Source: an uncultured Candidatus Rokubacteria bacterium
GTDB lineage: Bacteria > Methylomirabilota > Methylomirabilia > Rokubacteriales > DASRDR01
Direction of reading: 5' to 3'
DNA length: 64,000 nt
Assembly: GCA_963708025.1 (NCBI GenBank)
Contig: CAVPSB010000021.1
Location: forward strand, 1 to 64,000
Translations under genes and position numbers: made by a program
The notes under the pieces: generated by a model
Database searches by the model: none
Seen by the model: the letters and a program-made list of their open reading frames with translations, nothing else
What the model was told of the DNA's origin: nothing
Part shown: positions 21,272-30,666 of the stretch, piece after piece
How the letters are laid out: every line of letters starts with the position of its first letter
Position numbering within the stretch: position 1 is the first letter of the stretch

Positions 21272-24200
21272 CCGAAGAGCGCCGCATCGTAACCGTGCTG
21301 TTCGCGGACATGACGGGCGCGACAGCGCTCGGCGAGGCCCGTGATCCCGAGGATGTTCGAGCCCTCCTGACGCGCTATTACAGCATCGCGAGAGAAGTGG
21401 TCAGCGCGCACGGCGGCACCCTCGAGAAGTTCATCGGCGACGCCGTGATGGCGGTCTTCGGGCTTCCCCAGGCACACGGTGACGATGCCCAGCGCGCGAT
21501 GTCGGCGGCGCTCGAGATCCGCGACCGCGTCCGGGCGGACCCGAAGCTCGGTCCCCAGCAGCCGGTGCGCATCGGGGTGAACACCGGCGAGGTGGTCGCC
21601 ATGCGCGACGGCGCCGCCAGCGACTTCCTGATCACTGGCGACGCCGTGAACGTTGCCGCGCGCCTGCAGCAGACCGCCGAGCCGTGGACCATCCTGTGCG
21701 GCGAGCGGACCGCCCGGGCTGCTCGGGACCGGTTCACCCTGGGCCGTCCGACCGAGATCGATGTGAAAGGAAAGCGGCTGCCGATCCAGGCGCTGCCCCT
21801 CCTCGGGCGGGCGGCCGAGGCCGCGCTGTCCCGCTTCCCGCTCATCGGCCGGGACGACGACCTGGCGCAGCTCGAGCTGGTCGCCCGGCGGGCCTTCACG
21901 GATCGCCGGCCATTTCTCGTGAGCCTCATCGCGCCCGCCGGCACCGGGAAGACCCGCCTGGTGGAGGAGTTCCTGCATCGGCTGCCCGCACTCTCGCCCG
22001 ACGCAACGGTGGCGATCGCGCAGTGTCTCCCTTACGGCCAGCGGGTCACCTACTGGCCGCTTCGCGCCCTGCTGGTCCGCCTCGTCGGCTTGAAGGAAGA
22101 GGCAGCGCCGGAAACCGTGCGCGAGGCGATTCGGGTCTGGCTTCACGACCGCGGTGTCGAATCACCCGAGCGTGCGGCAGACCTGCTCGCCGCGACGATC
22201 GGCGCCGGTGAACCGGAGGTCATCGACCGGCCCGCCCTCTTTGCTGCCTGGCGCACGGCCATCGAGGTGGCGGCGCGACGGTCGCCGCTGGTTCTGGTGT
22301 TCGAGGACCTGCACTGGTCGAGCGACAGCCTCCTCGATCTCGTGGAGTTCATCGTGCAGCCCCGGGGCGATGCGGCGGTGCTCATGATCGCCCTCACCCG
22401 TCCGGAGCTGCTCGATCGGCGCCCCGCATGGGGAGGAGGCCGGCGGAACTACGTCGCCTTGTCGATGGAGCCCCTCAGCGACGATTCGGTCGCGCAACTG
22501 GTCCGCCACATGGTCGGCCCCGATGCCCCGCGGATCGTCGAGCGTGTCGTGGCCCGCGCCGAAGGCAATCCCTTCTTCGCGGGCGAGATCGTCCAGTCGA
22601 TCAGGGAACGCGTCCTCTCGCTGAGTGATGTCGCTGCCGTCGAGCATGCGCTCGCGACGCTCCCCGACACGATCCAGGCGACCATCCTGGCGCGACTCGA
22701 TCTCCTGGAGCCGGCGGAGCGGCGGATCTTGCAGCTCGGCGCGGTGTTCGGGCGGGCGTTCCGCGTGGCCGGAATCGCCGCCCTCGGACCGGAGCTGGCG
22801 CCCGACAGCGACGCGCTGGTGGATCGGCTCGTCCGGAAGGATCTCATCCGGCCCTCGGCCGGAGACAGCTTTGCCTTCCGCCACATCCTGATCCGAGAGG
22901 TGGCCTATCAGACGCTGCTTCGCGCGGAACGGGCGGACTTGCACGCGGCGGCCGCCCGCCGGCTCGAAGGACGTGCTGGCGGGCAAGAGGATGCGCTTGC
23001 CGAGCTGATCGCCTATCACTTTCGCGAAGCCGCCACCCTCACCAGCGTGACCAAGATCGCGCAGCTCGACGCGGTCGAGATCCGGCGAAAGGCGGTGGGC
23101 TGGCTCAAGCGCGCGGCCGACGTGGCGGCGGCCGGCGCCGCGACAGCCGAAGCCGCCCGGCACCTGCGCGCGGCCATCGAGCTGGCGGCGACCGATGACC
23201 TCCCGGAGCTCCAGGAGCGCCTCGGTGACGTGTCCGGGGGAGACGCCGGGGCGGAGGCGTACCGGGCTGCCCTTCGGCTCTGCCGGGAGCTGGGCCGGCC
23301 GGTCGATCAGGAGCTGCGCATCCTGGGCAGCCTCCTCACCCGGTACATGCGTTTTCAGGGGACGGTGGGGGACCGGCCGTCCGAGGAGGAGATCCTACGA
23401 CTCCGCGCGGACGGCCGGGCGCTCCTCGACCAGGCTCGTGACGAGCGGGCCATCGCGAGCTTCCTGATCGCGGACGGGTTCTATCCGTTCTGGCGAGGGG
23501 CGCAGGCAACGGTATCGGACATCGCCGAAGCCGAGGCGAGCACGGGACGCGGCCTGGCGATCGCCGACCGCCTCGACGATCCCCGGCTCCGCAGCGCCGC
23601 GCTCGACGCACTCACCTGTTGCGCGCAAGCGCGCGGGGCGTGGGCGCAGTCCCGACAGTGTGCCCAGCAGCGTCTTGCCTTCGAGGACCGCCTCGATCTC
23701 CACGAACGCCTCGACGCCTACACGATGGTGGCGTGGGCCTCGGCCCTGCTGGGCGACCTCGCCCAGGTGGACCGCGCGACCGCCTCGGCTCTGGGTCTGT
23801 TTCAATCCGGGCAGGTCCACTGGTGGGGGCTCCACTCCGCTGCCTGGCGGGCGTACGCCCTGACGCTCCTCGGGCGGTGGGACGAGGCGCTCGCCGTCGC
23901 CGAGCACGCTCGCAAGATCTGGGCCGAGGGGGGACTCATCCCGGCCGCGTACTGTGTCCATGGCTTCATCGCCGCCCTGGATGTCGGGCGGGCCCGTCAC
24001 GACAGCCAGCTCGTCGACCGGTATCGCGCGGTGCTCGACGAGATCCTGAAGCACTTTGCCGCGGACTCCCTCTTCGGGCGATTGCGCCCGTATGGCCGCG
24101 GAGACCTCGAAACGCTGGAGGCGGAGGTCGTCCGGGGCTTCGGCACGATTCCGCGCGCCCGGCAGCAGCTCGTCGAGCGCACGCTCTCGCTGTGTGCCGA

Positions 24201-24522
24201 CCTCGACCGATCGCTCGCACCCGAAGTGATCCGGCCGATCGTGGAATCTGCCGCCGCCGACGGCCTCCAGCTGCTGGAGGCCCAGGCGCGACGGGCGCTC
24301 GGCATCGCGATGCGCGACACCGCCGAGCTCACGCGCGCCCTCGAGATCTTCGAGGAGACGCGGGCGGTGCCGTACGCCGCGCGGGTCCGCTGCGAGCGGG
24401 CGCTCCTCACCGGCAACCAGACCGAGCTCGAGGCCGGCATGCACGTCCTGGAGGCGCTGGGCGATCTCGACCAGCTGGCCCGGATGGAGCGGGCCCGCGG
24501 CAAAGCCCGCGGCTCGTCGTGA
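21268..24522 (+). CDS. Class III adenylate/guanylate cyclase + STAND ATPase + helical repeats
   Basis: LFADMTG, EKFIGDAVMA, GDAVNVAARLQ, APAGTGKT and VFEDLHWS. ATGA overlap with the upstream paralog. Confidence 0.9.
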   Translation: MTEERRIVTVLFADMTGATALGEARDPEDVRALLTRYYSIAREVVSAHGGTLEKFIGDAVMAVFGLPQAHGDDAQRAMSAALEIRDRVRADPKLGPQQPVRIGVNTGEVVAMRDGAASDFLITGDAVNVAARLQQTAEPWTILCGERTARAARDRFTLGRPTEIDVKGKRLPIQALPLLGRAAEAALSRFPLIGRDDDLAQLELVARRAFTDRRPFLVSLIAPAGTGKTRLVEEFLHRLPALSPDATVAIAQCLPYGQRVTYWPLRALLVRLVGLKEEAAPETVREAIRVWLHDRGVESPERAADLLAATIGAGEPEVIDRPALFAAWRTAIEVAARRSPLVLVFEDLHWSSDSLLDLVEFIVQPRGDAAVLMIALTRPELLDRRPAWGGGRRNYVALSMEPLSDDSVAQLVRHMVGPDAPRIVERVVARAEGNPFFAGEIVQSIRERVLSLSDVAAVEHALATLPDTIQATILARLDLLEPAERRILQLGAVFGRAFRVAGIAALGPELAPDSDALVDRLVRKDLIRPSAGDSFAFRHILIREVAYQTLLRAERADLHAAAARRLEGRAGGQEDALAELIAYHFREAATLTSVTKIAQLDAVEIRRKAVGWLKRAADVAAAGAATAEAARHLRAAIELAATDDLPELQERLGDVSGGDAGAEAYRAALRLCRELGRPVDQELRILGSLLTRYMRFQGTVGDRPSEEEILRLRADGRALLDQARDERAIASFLIADGFYPFWRGAQATVSDIAEAEASTGRGLAIADRLDDPRLRSAALDALTCCAQARGAWAQSRQCAQQRLAFEDRLDLHERLDAYTMVAWASALLGDLAQVDRATASALGLFQSGQVHWWGLHSAAWRAYALTLLGRWDEALAVAEHARKIWAEGGLIPAAYCVHGFIAALDVGRARHDSQLVDRYRAVLDEILKHFAADSLFGRLRPYGRGDLETLEAEVVRGFGTIPRARQQLVERTLSLCADLDRSLAPEVIRPIVESAAADGLQLLEAQARRALGIAMRDTAELTRALEIFEETRAVPYAARVRCERALLTGNQTELEAGMHVLEALGDLDQLARMERARGKARGSS

Positions 24523-24555
24523 GACCGATTCGACCCTGATCGCCCGTCCAGTTCC

Positions 24556-25557
24556 TCACCCGGCCGAGTTGCGACGTCCTCTGCGCACGCTGTCGAACGC
24601 CACCGCCACGACTATGAAGGTGCCGACGAAGGCACCCTGCCAGAAGGTGCTGATGCCGAGCAGGGTCAGGCTGTTGCGGATGATCTCGATCAGCGCGGCG
24701 CCGACCACGGCGCCCAGGACCGTGCCGCTGCCGCCCATCAGATTGGCCCCACCGATGACCGCGGCCGCGATCACGCCGAGCTCCATCGACTGGCCCAGAT
24801 TGGTCGTCACGCCGCCGAGCCAGCTCGCCTCCAGAACGCCGGCCAGGCCCGCCATGAACCCGGACAGCATGTAGATGCCGATCTTGATCCGCTTGACCGG
24901 CAGGCCGGTCAGGATCGCCGCCTTCTCGTTGCCGCCCACCGCCATGATCCGCGCGCCCCAGCGTGTCCAGCGCAGCGCGAATCCGACGACCACAGAGCAG
25001 GCGCCCAGCACCAGCACTGGATTGGGAATGCCCAGCGTCGATCCGCCGCCCAGCCACAGGAAGAGATCGTGGTCGGGGCCGAACTGGTAGACCATCTTGT
25101 TCTGCGACGCCACCATGCCCAGGCTGCGGGCGACCGACAGCATCCCCAGGGTGGTGACGAACGGCGGTATCCGGACATAGGCGATGAGGACGCCGTTGAC
25201 CAGCCCGACCGCCAGCGAGGCGGCCAGCCCGGCCGCGATGCCGACCCAGACCGTGTTGCCGGCATTGAGCACGACTCCGGTGACCATCGCCGACACGCCG
25301 AGGATCGAGCCGACCGACAGGTCGATGCCCCCGGTGATGATCACTGCCGTCATCCCGATCGCGACGATGGCCACGAAGGCGAAGTTGCGGGTCACGTTGA
25401 ACAGATTCTGCGGCGTGGCAAACGCGTCGGTCGCGAATGACAGGATGACGGCGGCCAGCAGGGCGGCCGCAAGCACCCAGAACGACTGCAGACCGAGCAC
25501 GCGTCCGACCAGGCCGTGGCTGCGGGCGTCAATGGCGCGCTCGAGATCGCCCGACAT
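24556..25557 (-). CDS. Sugar ABC transporter permease (RbsC family)
   Basis: ITGGIDLSVGS, IPPFVTTLG, GGNEKAA and IAAAVIGG. Confidence 0.95.
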   Translation of the reverse strand: MSGDLERAIDARSHGLVGRVLGLQSFWVLAAALLAAVILSFATDAFATPQNLFNVTRNFAFVAIVAIGMTAVIITGGIDLSVGSILGVSAMVTGVVLNAGNTVWVGIAAGLAASLAVGLVNGVLIAYVRIPPFVTTLGMLSVARSLGMVASQNKMVYQFGPDHDLFLWLGGGSTLGIPNPVLVLGACSVVVGFALRWTRWGARIMAVGGNEKAAILTGLPVKRIKIGIYMLSGFMAGLAGVLEASWLGGVTTNLGQSMELGVIAAAVIGGANLMGGSGTVLGAVVGAALIEIIRNSLTLLGISTFWQGAFVGTFIVVAVAFDSVRRGRRNSAG

Positions 25558-25579
25558 CGAGTCCTCCCTCCTCGCTGGG

Positions 25580-26320
25580 TCAGGCGGCGGTGATCGCCCC
25601 GGTGATGAGCCCGGTCACCTCTTCGGGGCTGGTAGCGGAGATCGCCTTGTCGGCGACCTTGGTGCCGCGGCGCAGCACGATGATTCGATCGGCCACCGCG
25701 AACACGTCGGGCATGCGGTGGCTGATCAGCACGACGGCGATACCCTGGTCACGCAGCCGGCGCACCAGATTCAGGACTTCGGCGACCTGGCGGACCGATA
25801 TCGCCGCGGTCGGCTCGTCCATGAGCACGATCTTCGGATTGGACAGCCGGGTCCGGGCGATCGCCACCGCCTGACGCTGGCCGCCGGACATGTCACGAAC
25901 GACATCTCGCGGCCGGGTCTCCGACTTCAGCTCGACGAACAGCTCGGCGGCGCGCCGGGTCATCGCCTTGAAGTCGAGCACGCGCAGCGGCCCGATCCAG
26001 CGCGTGAGCTCCCGGCCCATGAAGATGTTGATCGAGGCCGGCAGATTGTCGCAGAGCGCCAGATCTTGATAGACGATCTCGATCCCGCTCTGGCGGGCCT
26101 CTGACGGCCGCGCGAACACGGTCGGCCTGCCGTCGACGAACAGCTTGCCGGTGGTGGGCGGGAAGTTGCCGGCGACGACCTTGACCAGGGTCGACTTGCC
26201 GGCGCCGTTGTCTCCCATCAGACCGACCACTTCGCCGGCCGAGACGGTCAGCGAGACGTCATCGAGCGCATGGATGGCGCCGAAGTGCTTCGATAGGCCC
26301 TGGCATTCCAGTATCGGCAT
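25580..26320 (-). CDS. Sugar ABC transporter ATP-binding protein (single domain)
   Basis: GDNGAGKST, MSGGQRQ, LMDEPTAA and ISH. Confidence 0.95.
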   Translation of the reverse strand: MPILECQGLSKHFGAIHALDDVSLTVSAGEVVGLMGDNGAGKSTLVKVVAGNFPPTTGKLFVDGRPTVFARPSEARQSGIEIVYQDLALCDNLPASINIFMGRELTRWIGPLRVLDFKAMTRRAAELFVELKSETRPRDVVRDMSGGQRQAVAIARTRLSNPKIVLMDEPTAAISVRQVAEVLNLVRRLRDQGIAVVLISHRMPDVFAVADRIIVLRRGTKVADKAISATSPEEVTGLITGAITAA

Positions 26321-26584
26321 TGTCCGTCTCCTCCACGACCGCGCCGGTGTCGTCGCTGGCCCCCGATGGCGGCAGCGCCGGCAACCCTCGAGGTCACCGA
26401 TCACCCGTCAGATGATAGCGGAATTGTCCGACGAGTCACCTTGACCGTCCACCGGCAGCTTCGCTAGACTCGGCCCCGGAGGAGCAGCCCTGTGTCTCCT
26501 GGTGCCAGGCCCGACCGGCGAGGTCGGAGCACCTGGCTCGCCAACCTCGACGTGCGGCACCCCGCTGACAGGGAGAGTGCGAAC

Positions 26585-27571
26585 ATGAAAAAGCTGTTGG
26601 GACTGGCCGCGGTCGCCGTGCTGGCGATCGCCGCGCAACCGGCGCTGGCCCAGGACAAGACGCTCGCCATCGTGGTCAAGGGACTGGACAATCCGTTCTT
26701 CGAGCAGATCAATCTCGGGTGCCAGAAGTGGAATGCCGAGAACAAGGGGAAGGGGTACACCTGCCTCTACACCGGGCCGGCCTCCAGCACCGACGAGGCC
26801 GGTGAGGTTCAGATCGTCGACGACCTGCTGACCAAGGGCGTGGCCGCCATCGCGATCTCGCCGTCCAATGCGCCGCTGATGGCTAACTTATTGAAGAAGA
26901 AGGCGCCGAAGATCCCGGTCATGACGATCGATGCCGACCTGGCCAAGGAAGACGCCGGCTTGCGGAAGACCTACCTCGGGACCGACAACTACCTGATGGG
27001 GGTCAAGTTCGCCGAGTATCTGAAGAAGTTCAAGCCGAAGGGCGGCACCATCTGCCTGCAGCTCGGCAACGTGGCGGCCGACAACATCAATGCCCGCGCC
27101 GCCGGCACCCGCGACACCCTGGCCGGCAAGAAGGGGACCGCCCGGCTGACCGGGCAGAACGGCTGGAAGGAGATCGATGGCTGCCCGGTGTTCACCAACG
27201 ATCAGGCCGACCTCGCCAACCGGCAGATGGCCGACGTCTTCACCGCCAATCCCAAGCTCGATGCCTTCGTGCTGGAAGGCGGCTGGGCTCAGTTCGCGCC
27301 CCAGGCCTACTCGCAGGTCACCGGCCAGGTGATGGACAGATTGAAGAGCAAGGCGCTGGTGATCGTGGCGGGCGACACCCTGCCGCCCCAGCTGGAGGCG
27401 CTCAAGGCCGGCCGCAGCCATGTCCAGGTCGGTCAGCGTCCCTTCGAGATGGGCTACCGCGCTCCATCGGTGATGATCGATCTGATCAACGGCAAGAAGG
27501 TCAATCCGGTGATCTACACCGGTCTCGACGAGTGCACGCAGGAGAACGTCGCCACCTGCATCGCCAAGTAG
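26585..27571 (+). CDS. Sugar ABC transporter substrate-binding protein (RbsB-like)
   Basis: Signal peptide, KGLDNPFF, AIAISPS, YLGTDNY and VGQRPFEMGY. Divergent from the ATPase/permease genes. Confidence 0.92.
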   Translation: MKKLLGLAAVAVLAIAAQPALAQDKTLAIVVKGLDNPFFEQINLGCQKWNAENKGKGYTCLYTGPASSTDEAGEVQIVDDLLTKGVAAIAISPSNAPLMANLLKKKAPKIPVMTIDADLAKEDAGLRKTYLGTDNYLMGVKFAEYLKKFKPKGGTICLQLGNVAADNINARAAGTRDTLAGKKGTARLTGQNGWKEIDGCPVFTNDQADLANRQMADVFTANPKLDAFVLEGGWAQFAPQAYSQVTGQVMDRLKSKALVIVAGDTLPPQLEALKAGRSHVQVGQRPFEMGYRAPSVMIDLINGKKVNPVIYTGLDECTQENVATCIAK

Positions 27572-27587
27572 CGCGCCCCGCAAGTTC

Positions 27588-27617
27588 GCGCGCCGGCGGG
27601 TCCCCCCGCCGACGCGC
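27588..27617. terminator. GC-rich hairpin between convergent genes
   Basis: GCGCGCCGGCGG...CCGCCGACGCGC imperfect inverted repeat after the SBP stop; no clear U-tract. Confidence 0.35.
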
Positions 27618-27671
27618 GCCGCGCCGCGGCGGCGCCGCCGGCGTCGCTTCACCCCGAATCAGACCACGCTG

Positions 27672-28166
27672 TCAGTCGGGGTGGTACACCTGCATCATCG
27701 CGCGCAGGTCCTGGCGCAGCTCCTCGAGCGTCGGGCGACCGACGAACCAGCCCCCGTCGTAGACCTTGTGGATGGCGAGATCCGGCCCCACCGAGAAGCT
27801 ATAGGGGATCGCGATGCGGGGGTGGTTTGGATCGGTCTCGTCGACGATGTCCAGCTCGGTGACGGCCCGGCGGTCATGATCGCTCAGGAACGTGAACGTC
27901 GCGCCCAGCCCGGCGCGCAGCGCCCCGCAGACCTCCGGGGCGTCGGTGCTGATCACCGCCAGGTGGCAGTAGTTGACGTCGAGCTCGCGCTGCAGCTCGG
28001 TCAAGTGCCGCAACTGGCACTGGCACTTCGGTCACCAGTAGCCGCGGTAGAAGCTCACGATGAGCGGGTACCCGGCGGCGAGCTTGGAGAGCCTCACGGC
28101 TGCCCGCCGGTGGTCGGGCAGCTCGAGGTCGGGAAGGTGACCACCAACGACGAGGTCGGCGCGCAT
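27672..28166 (-). CDS. AhpC/TSA (peroxiredoxin-like) redoxin, probable selenoprotein with UxxC; TGA at 28032-28034
   Basis: ORFs 28032..28235 and 27672..28013 are in the same frame and read FYRGYW-TGA-PKCQCQL. The TGA sits at the first Cys of the RGxWCPxC motif and is followed by a hairpin. Confidence 0.85.
28003..28028 (-). promoter_or_regulatory. Candidate bacterial SECIS hairpin of the redoxin gene
   Basis: mRNA reads UGA CCG AAGUGCC AGUGCC AGUUGC GGCACUU. GGCACU(U) can pair with either (A)AGUGCC copy; the second copy starts 10 nt after the UGA. Confidence 0.6.
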
Positions 28167-28253
28167 GCCTGCCTCCTGTGAAGGACGCGAGTTCACGACG
28201 CCGTGGGTCGCTACGGAGTGGATGATCCCTCGCACCAGACGATCTAGCCGAGG

Positions 28254-29087
28254 TCAGCGCAAGTGACCCGGCGCCCAGTGGATGACGGATCGGTCGTTCG
28301 GCGGAACGGCCCGGGGCCAGAGGACTCCGTCGCGCTCCTCGGCGAGAGCCTCGATCGCCCGGTGGAGGCGGTCATCGGCCGCCGTCCCCGGGCCGACGAC
28401 GAGGCGGAACCGGAGGAAGTCGAGGGCCTCCGACCGGGTGCCGAGAGGCACGAGGGGTGCCGGGCCGATGGGCACGACGGTGGGCTCCACCCCCAGCTCG
28501 CGCAGCACGGCCACGAGCTCGTCGCGACAGGGGAGCCGCAAGCGCTCCTCCTCGTGCACCCATCGCCAGAAGGGAGCCAGGGGGGTTTGCGGGGGATCCG
28601 TCACGGCCACGAGGGCCGCGCAGCGGCGCGCGGCTGCATCGAGCTTGCGCAGGAAGGGCTCGATGGCCTGGATGCCGTAGGTCACGTGGGCCGCGAACAC
28701 CAGCGCGGCCGGCGCGACCTGGGCGTCCTCCCAGCGAGCCGGGACGATGCGGATGTTGCGCACGCCGTGCCTGGCGATCTCGTCTTCCAGCACGGCCCGC
28801 ATCGCGGGCGACGGCTCGACGGCCACGAGCTGGCGGCAGCGGCGCGACAGGGGAATGGCGATCCGACCTCCGCCCGCGCCGACGTCGATGACGTCGTCCT
28901 CCGGGCCGATCAGCGCGGCCAGGGCCTCCGGCGTCGGGTCCGCGGCCGGATCGGCGGGCGCCCGGAAGTTCTTGGCCAGTGCCTGCCAGAAGTCCGGGGG
29001 CACGTCCACCGTGGAGCGTACGCGCTCCGCCTGCAGCATTTCGTCGCGCACCATCCGATCGTGTCGGGCCACCGCGGACTCGCCCAT
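28254..29087 (-). CDS. Class I SAM-dependent methyltransferase
   Basis: VIDVGAGGGR, VAVEPSPAM and AAHVTY. Confidence 0.85.
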   Translation of the reverse strand: MGESAVARHDRMVRDEMLQAERVRSTVDVPPDFWQALAKNFRAPADPAADPTPEALAALIGPEDDVIDVGAGGGRIAIPLSRRCRQLVAVEPSPAMRAVLEDEIARHGVRNIRIVPARWEDAQVAPAALVFAAHVTYGIQAIEPFLRKLDAAARRCAALVAVTDPPQTPLAPFWRWVHEEERLRLPCRDELVAVLRELGVEPTVVPIGPAPLVPLGTRSEALDFLRFRLVVGPGTAADDRLHRAIEALAEERDGVLWPRAVPPNDRSVIHWAPGHLR

Positions 29088-29259
29088 GTTCCCTCCGTTA
29101 CGGGCTGGGACGCCCCGCCCCGCCACGCGGGCCCCCTCGCAGGGTACGCCCGGATGTGCCGGCGCGCCGGGACGTTCGACTCGCCGCCTCTCGCTGCCGT
29201 GCAGCCGCGCCTGACACTAGCCGAACTCCAGCGCAGGGCGTGCGCGTCACGCACCGGCT

Positions 29260-30084
29260 CTACGCTCGGCACCGGTCCACCTGGACGAGCCGGGCCAGGA
29301 TCGCCTCGTGCAGGAGGCCGTTCGAGGCCACGAGGCCCCGCTCGCAGGCCAACGATTCGCCCCGGTAGTCGATCGGCGCTCCGCCGACGTCGGAAACCCG
29401 CCCGCCGGCGGCCCTCACCAGGGCATCGACGGCACACACGTCCCACCGCCGGAGACCGCGGCCCACGGCCACGTACGCTTCCGCCGCGCCCTGGGCGCCC
29501 TGGGCGCCCTTGAGCCCGGCGCTGCCCATGGCCCGGACCTCGCGGACCGCGAGAGCGCCCAGCGCCCGCTCCAGCCGGGCGCTACGATGCGAGCGCGACG
29601 CGACGATCCGCGCCTGCGCCAGCTCCCCGGTCGCACTGGCGCGGATCGCCACCCAGCGCCCCCCCGGCTCCACGCGCCAGGCCCCGAGGCCCGCCCCTCC
29701 GATCCAGGCCACGTCGGACACCGGGGCATGGATGACCCCGGCCACCGGGCTCGACCCGGCCACCAGGCCGATCATCACCACGAAGTCGCCGTTCCGATCG
29801 ATGAATTCCCGGGTCCCATCGAGCGGATCGACGGACAGCACGCGCTCGGCTCGGCGAAACCCCTGGAAGGACACCGGATCGCTCTCTTCCGACACCACGG
29901 GCACGCCGGGAAACGCGCCGTGCAGGCACCGGACGAGCAGCTCGTTGGACCGGCGGTCCGCGGCGGTCACAGGATCCCGGGGCCCCTTGAACGCCACGGT
30001 GAAATCCCCCTCGTACACGTCCCGTACGACGCGGGCGGCCGCAGCCGCGCTCTCCACCAGCGCCTCGAGCCCCGAGCGATCCAC
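29260..30084 (-). CDS. cysQ: 3'(2'),5'-bisphosphate nucleotidase CysQ / inositol monophosphatase family
   Basis: PVTAAD, VSEE, VDPLDGTREF, ASRSH, GSAGLK and WDVCA. Confidence 0.85.
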   Translation of the reverse strand: MDRSGLEALVESAAAAARVVRDVYEGDFTVAFKGPRDPVTAADRRSNELLVRCLHGAFPGVPVVSEESDPVSFQGFRRAERVLSVDPLDGTREFIDRNGDFVVMIGLVAGSSPVAGVIHAPVSDVAWIGGAGLGAWRVEPGGRWVAIRASATGELAQARIVASRSHRSARLERALGALAVREVRAMGSAGLKGAQGAQGAAEAYVAVGRGLRRWDVCAVDALVRAAGGRVSDVGGAPIDYRGESLACERGLVASNGLLHEAILARLVQVDRCRA

Positions 30085-30111
30085 GGGTGTCGTCTTCAGG
30101 GGATCACCGGA

Positions 30112-30666
30112 TCAGAGTCCTCGTCGGTCGAGCCAGCGCATGAGGACCAGACCCAGCCCCAGCACCGGCAGGATCACCACCCAGTGGTTGACTCCGAGCA
30201 CGCCGGCCAGGGTCAGCTTTCCGTAGACGCCGACCTTCAACAGCGTGTCCGCGAGGAAGGGGTAGGTCTCCGCGTAGAGCCACGCCCCGAGCAGAATGCC
30301 CAGGATTCCCCGGAACAGCCCGTCCATGCGGCCTTCGCCGAAGGCCCCCACGCAGGTGCCGGGTCAGAAGCCGAGGAGCAGCATGCCGACGCCGAAGATC
30401 GCCGCGCCGAGGACGTTCGCTCCCAGCAGGACGGGCTTGACGTGGAGGTTCACCAGCCCGAGGTCGTAGAGGAGGTAGACGCCCACCATCCCCGCGAGGA
30501 TCCCGCCCATCATGACCTTGAGGACGGTGAGGTCGGTCAGCCGGAAGAACGCGACGATCTTGTCGTAGCGCGTGACCTGCCCCCGCTGGAGGATGAACCC
30601 GAAGGCGATCCCCGTCGCGAGACCGAGCAGGAGGCGCGGGGCGCCCGTGATCTCGAGTGGTCCCAT
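30112..30666 (-). CDS. YeeE/YedE family sulfur transporter (GxCPG type), probable selenoprotein; TGA at 30364-30366
   Basis: GIAFGFILQRG...IFGVGMLLLGF-TGA-PGTCVGAFGEG is continuous in one frame. The TGA sits at the Cys of the conserved GxCPGT motif. Confidence 0.88.
30330..30346 (-). promoter_or_regulatory. Candidate SECIS hairpin of the downstream YeeE gene
   Basis: GGCCUUC-GGC-GAAGGCC forms a perfect 7-bp stem 17 nt after the UGA. Further pairing is possible below it (UGC/GCA, CCCG/CGGG). Confidence 0.55.

Noticed and set aside
29487-29510. 9-bp tandem repeat in cysQ (GAQGAQ)
   Set aside because: It is in frame and the motif length looks normal for the family, so no effect is evident.
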